Shown piece by piece: positions 63,476 through 64,000 of a stretch of 64,000 nucleotides of DNA (within the stretch, counting starts at the first letter, position 1; every line of letters begins with the position of its first letter). Position numbers and translations under genes: made by a program. The stretch is from positions 40,350,388 to 40,414,387 of the forward strand of contig NC_092670.1 in NCBI RefSeq assembly GCF_964355755.1. Reading direction: 5' to 3'. The notes under the pieces are model-generated. The model saw only the letters and a program-made list of their open reading frames with translations, did not search any database and had not been told where the DNA came from. The DNA comes from Antedon mediterranea. Taxonomy: Eukaryota; Animalia; Echinodermata.

Positions 63476-64000
63476 ATGGCCACTCGTCGTTTGCCGCCAG
63501 GACCATCAGTAATCTCGTCTTTATTGCATTTACTGTGTAGACTTTTGAAAAGCATTGTGTGGAAAGTATGGCAGCTATGCACATCCAGTACACTAATACT
63601 TCTGCTCATTTATTGGGCTTACGGAAGTTTCTTCATTTTACTTTTGGTTTTTAGTGCTTTGTTTGGTAAGAGAAACAGATGCAAATGTTTGTTGATATAA
63701 TTATTTCCATTGAAATAAAAGAAAAATTAATATTTTCCAACCTCTATATGCTGAAATATAAACAATTCAAGATTCAATTTATTTTGTCCTTATATTATAA
63801 ATTAAACTTCAATCTATACATTTAAAAAATATGTTAAGACATGAAATGAATTTCAGTTCTACATTGATATGGATGAAATTTATCCGAAATAAAAGAAATT
63901 GAATTTACTATTTCATGTATAATTTCAAAAAATCTACCAATTTCTTTTTTTGGTTTTTTTTTTCAGGTTTATTTTACAATTTTCAAGATAGTTTACTTTA
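63476..64000 (+). CDS. ABHD13: ABHD13-like alpha/beta hydrolase, 5' part. Coding exons 63476-63666 and 63967 to the window end; probable non-coding exon ending at ~63039
   Basis: ...WKVWQLCTSSTLILLLIYWAYGSFFILLLVFSALF/GLFYNFQDSLL matches the ABHD13 N-terminal membrane segment followed by (I)LYxFQDxLLY. Confidence 0.8.

Overview
This is AT-rich, intron-rich eukaryotic DNA, probably from a marine invertebrate (inference from gene and repeat content). It is not prokaryotic, and there is no CRISPR array, rRNA or intact tRNA gene. In order, the window holds: two tandem fibrinogen-related (FReD) gene copies, both damaged (+); TSEN34 (-) head-to-head with MCM3 (+) across 300 bp; a CHST11-like carbohydrate sulfotransferase (-); a 5'-truncated L1/Tx1-type LINE with a clean TSD; about 9 kb of non-coding DNA; NMD3 (-); a monoglyceride-lipase-like gene (+) with an intact ORF but Gly in place of the catalytic Ser; and the start of ABHD13 (+). 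Introns carry several minisatellites, Harbinger-like and Tc1/pogo-like MITEs, a tRNA-derived SINE and LINE fragments. The most interesting signals are the putative MGLL-like pseudoenzyme, AGGCCTAG/CTAG clusters in the first introns of four housekeeping genes, and satellites built from AP-1 or YY1-like motifs. Exon boundaries were read by eye and may be off by a few bases.
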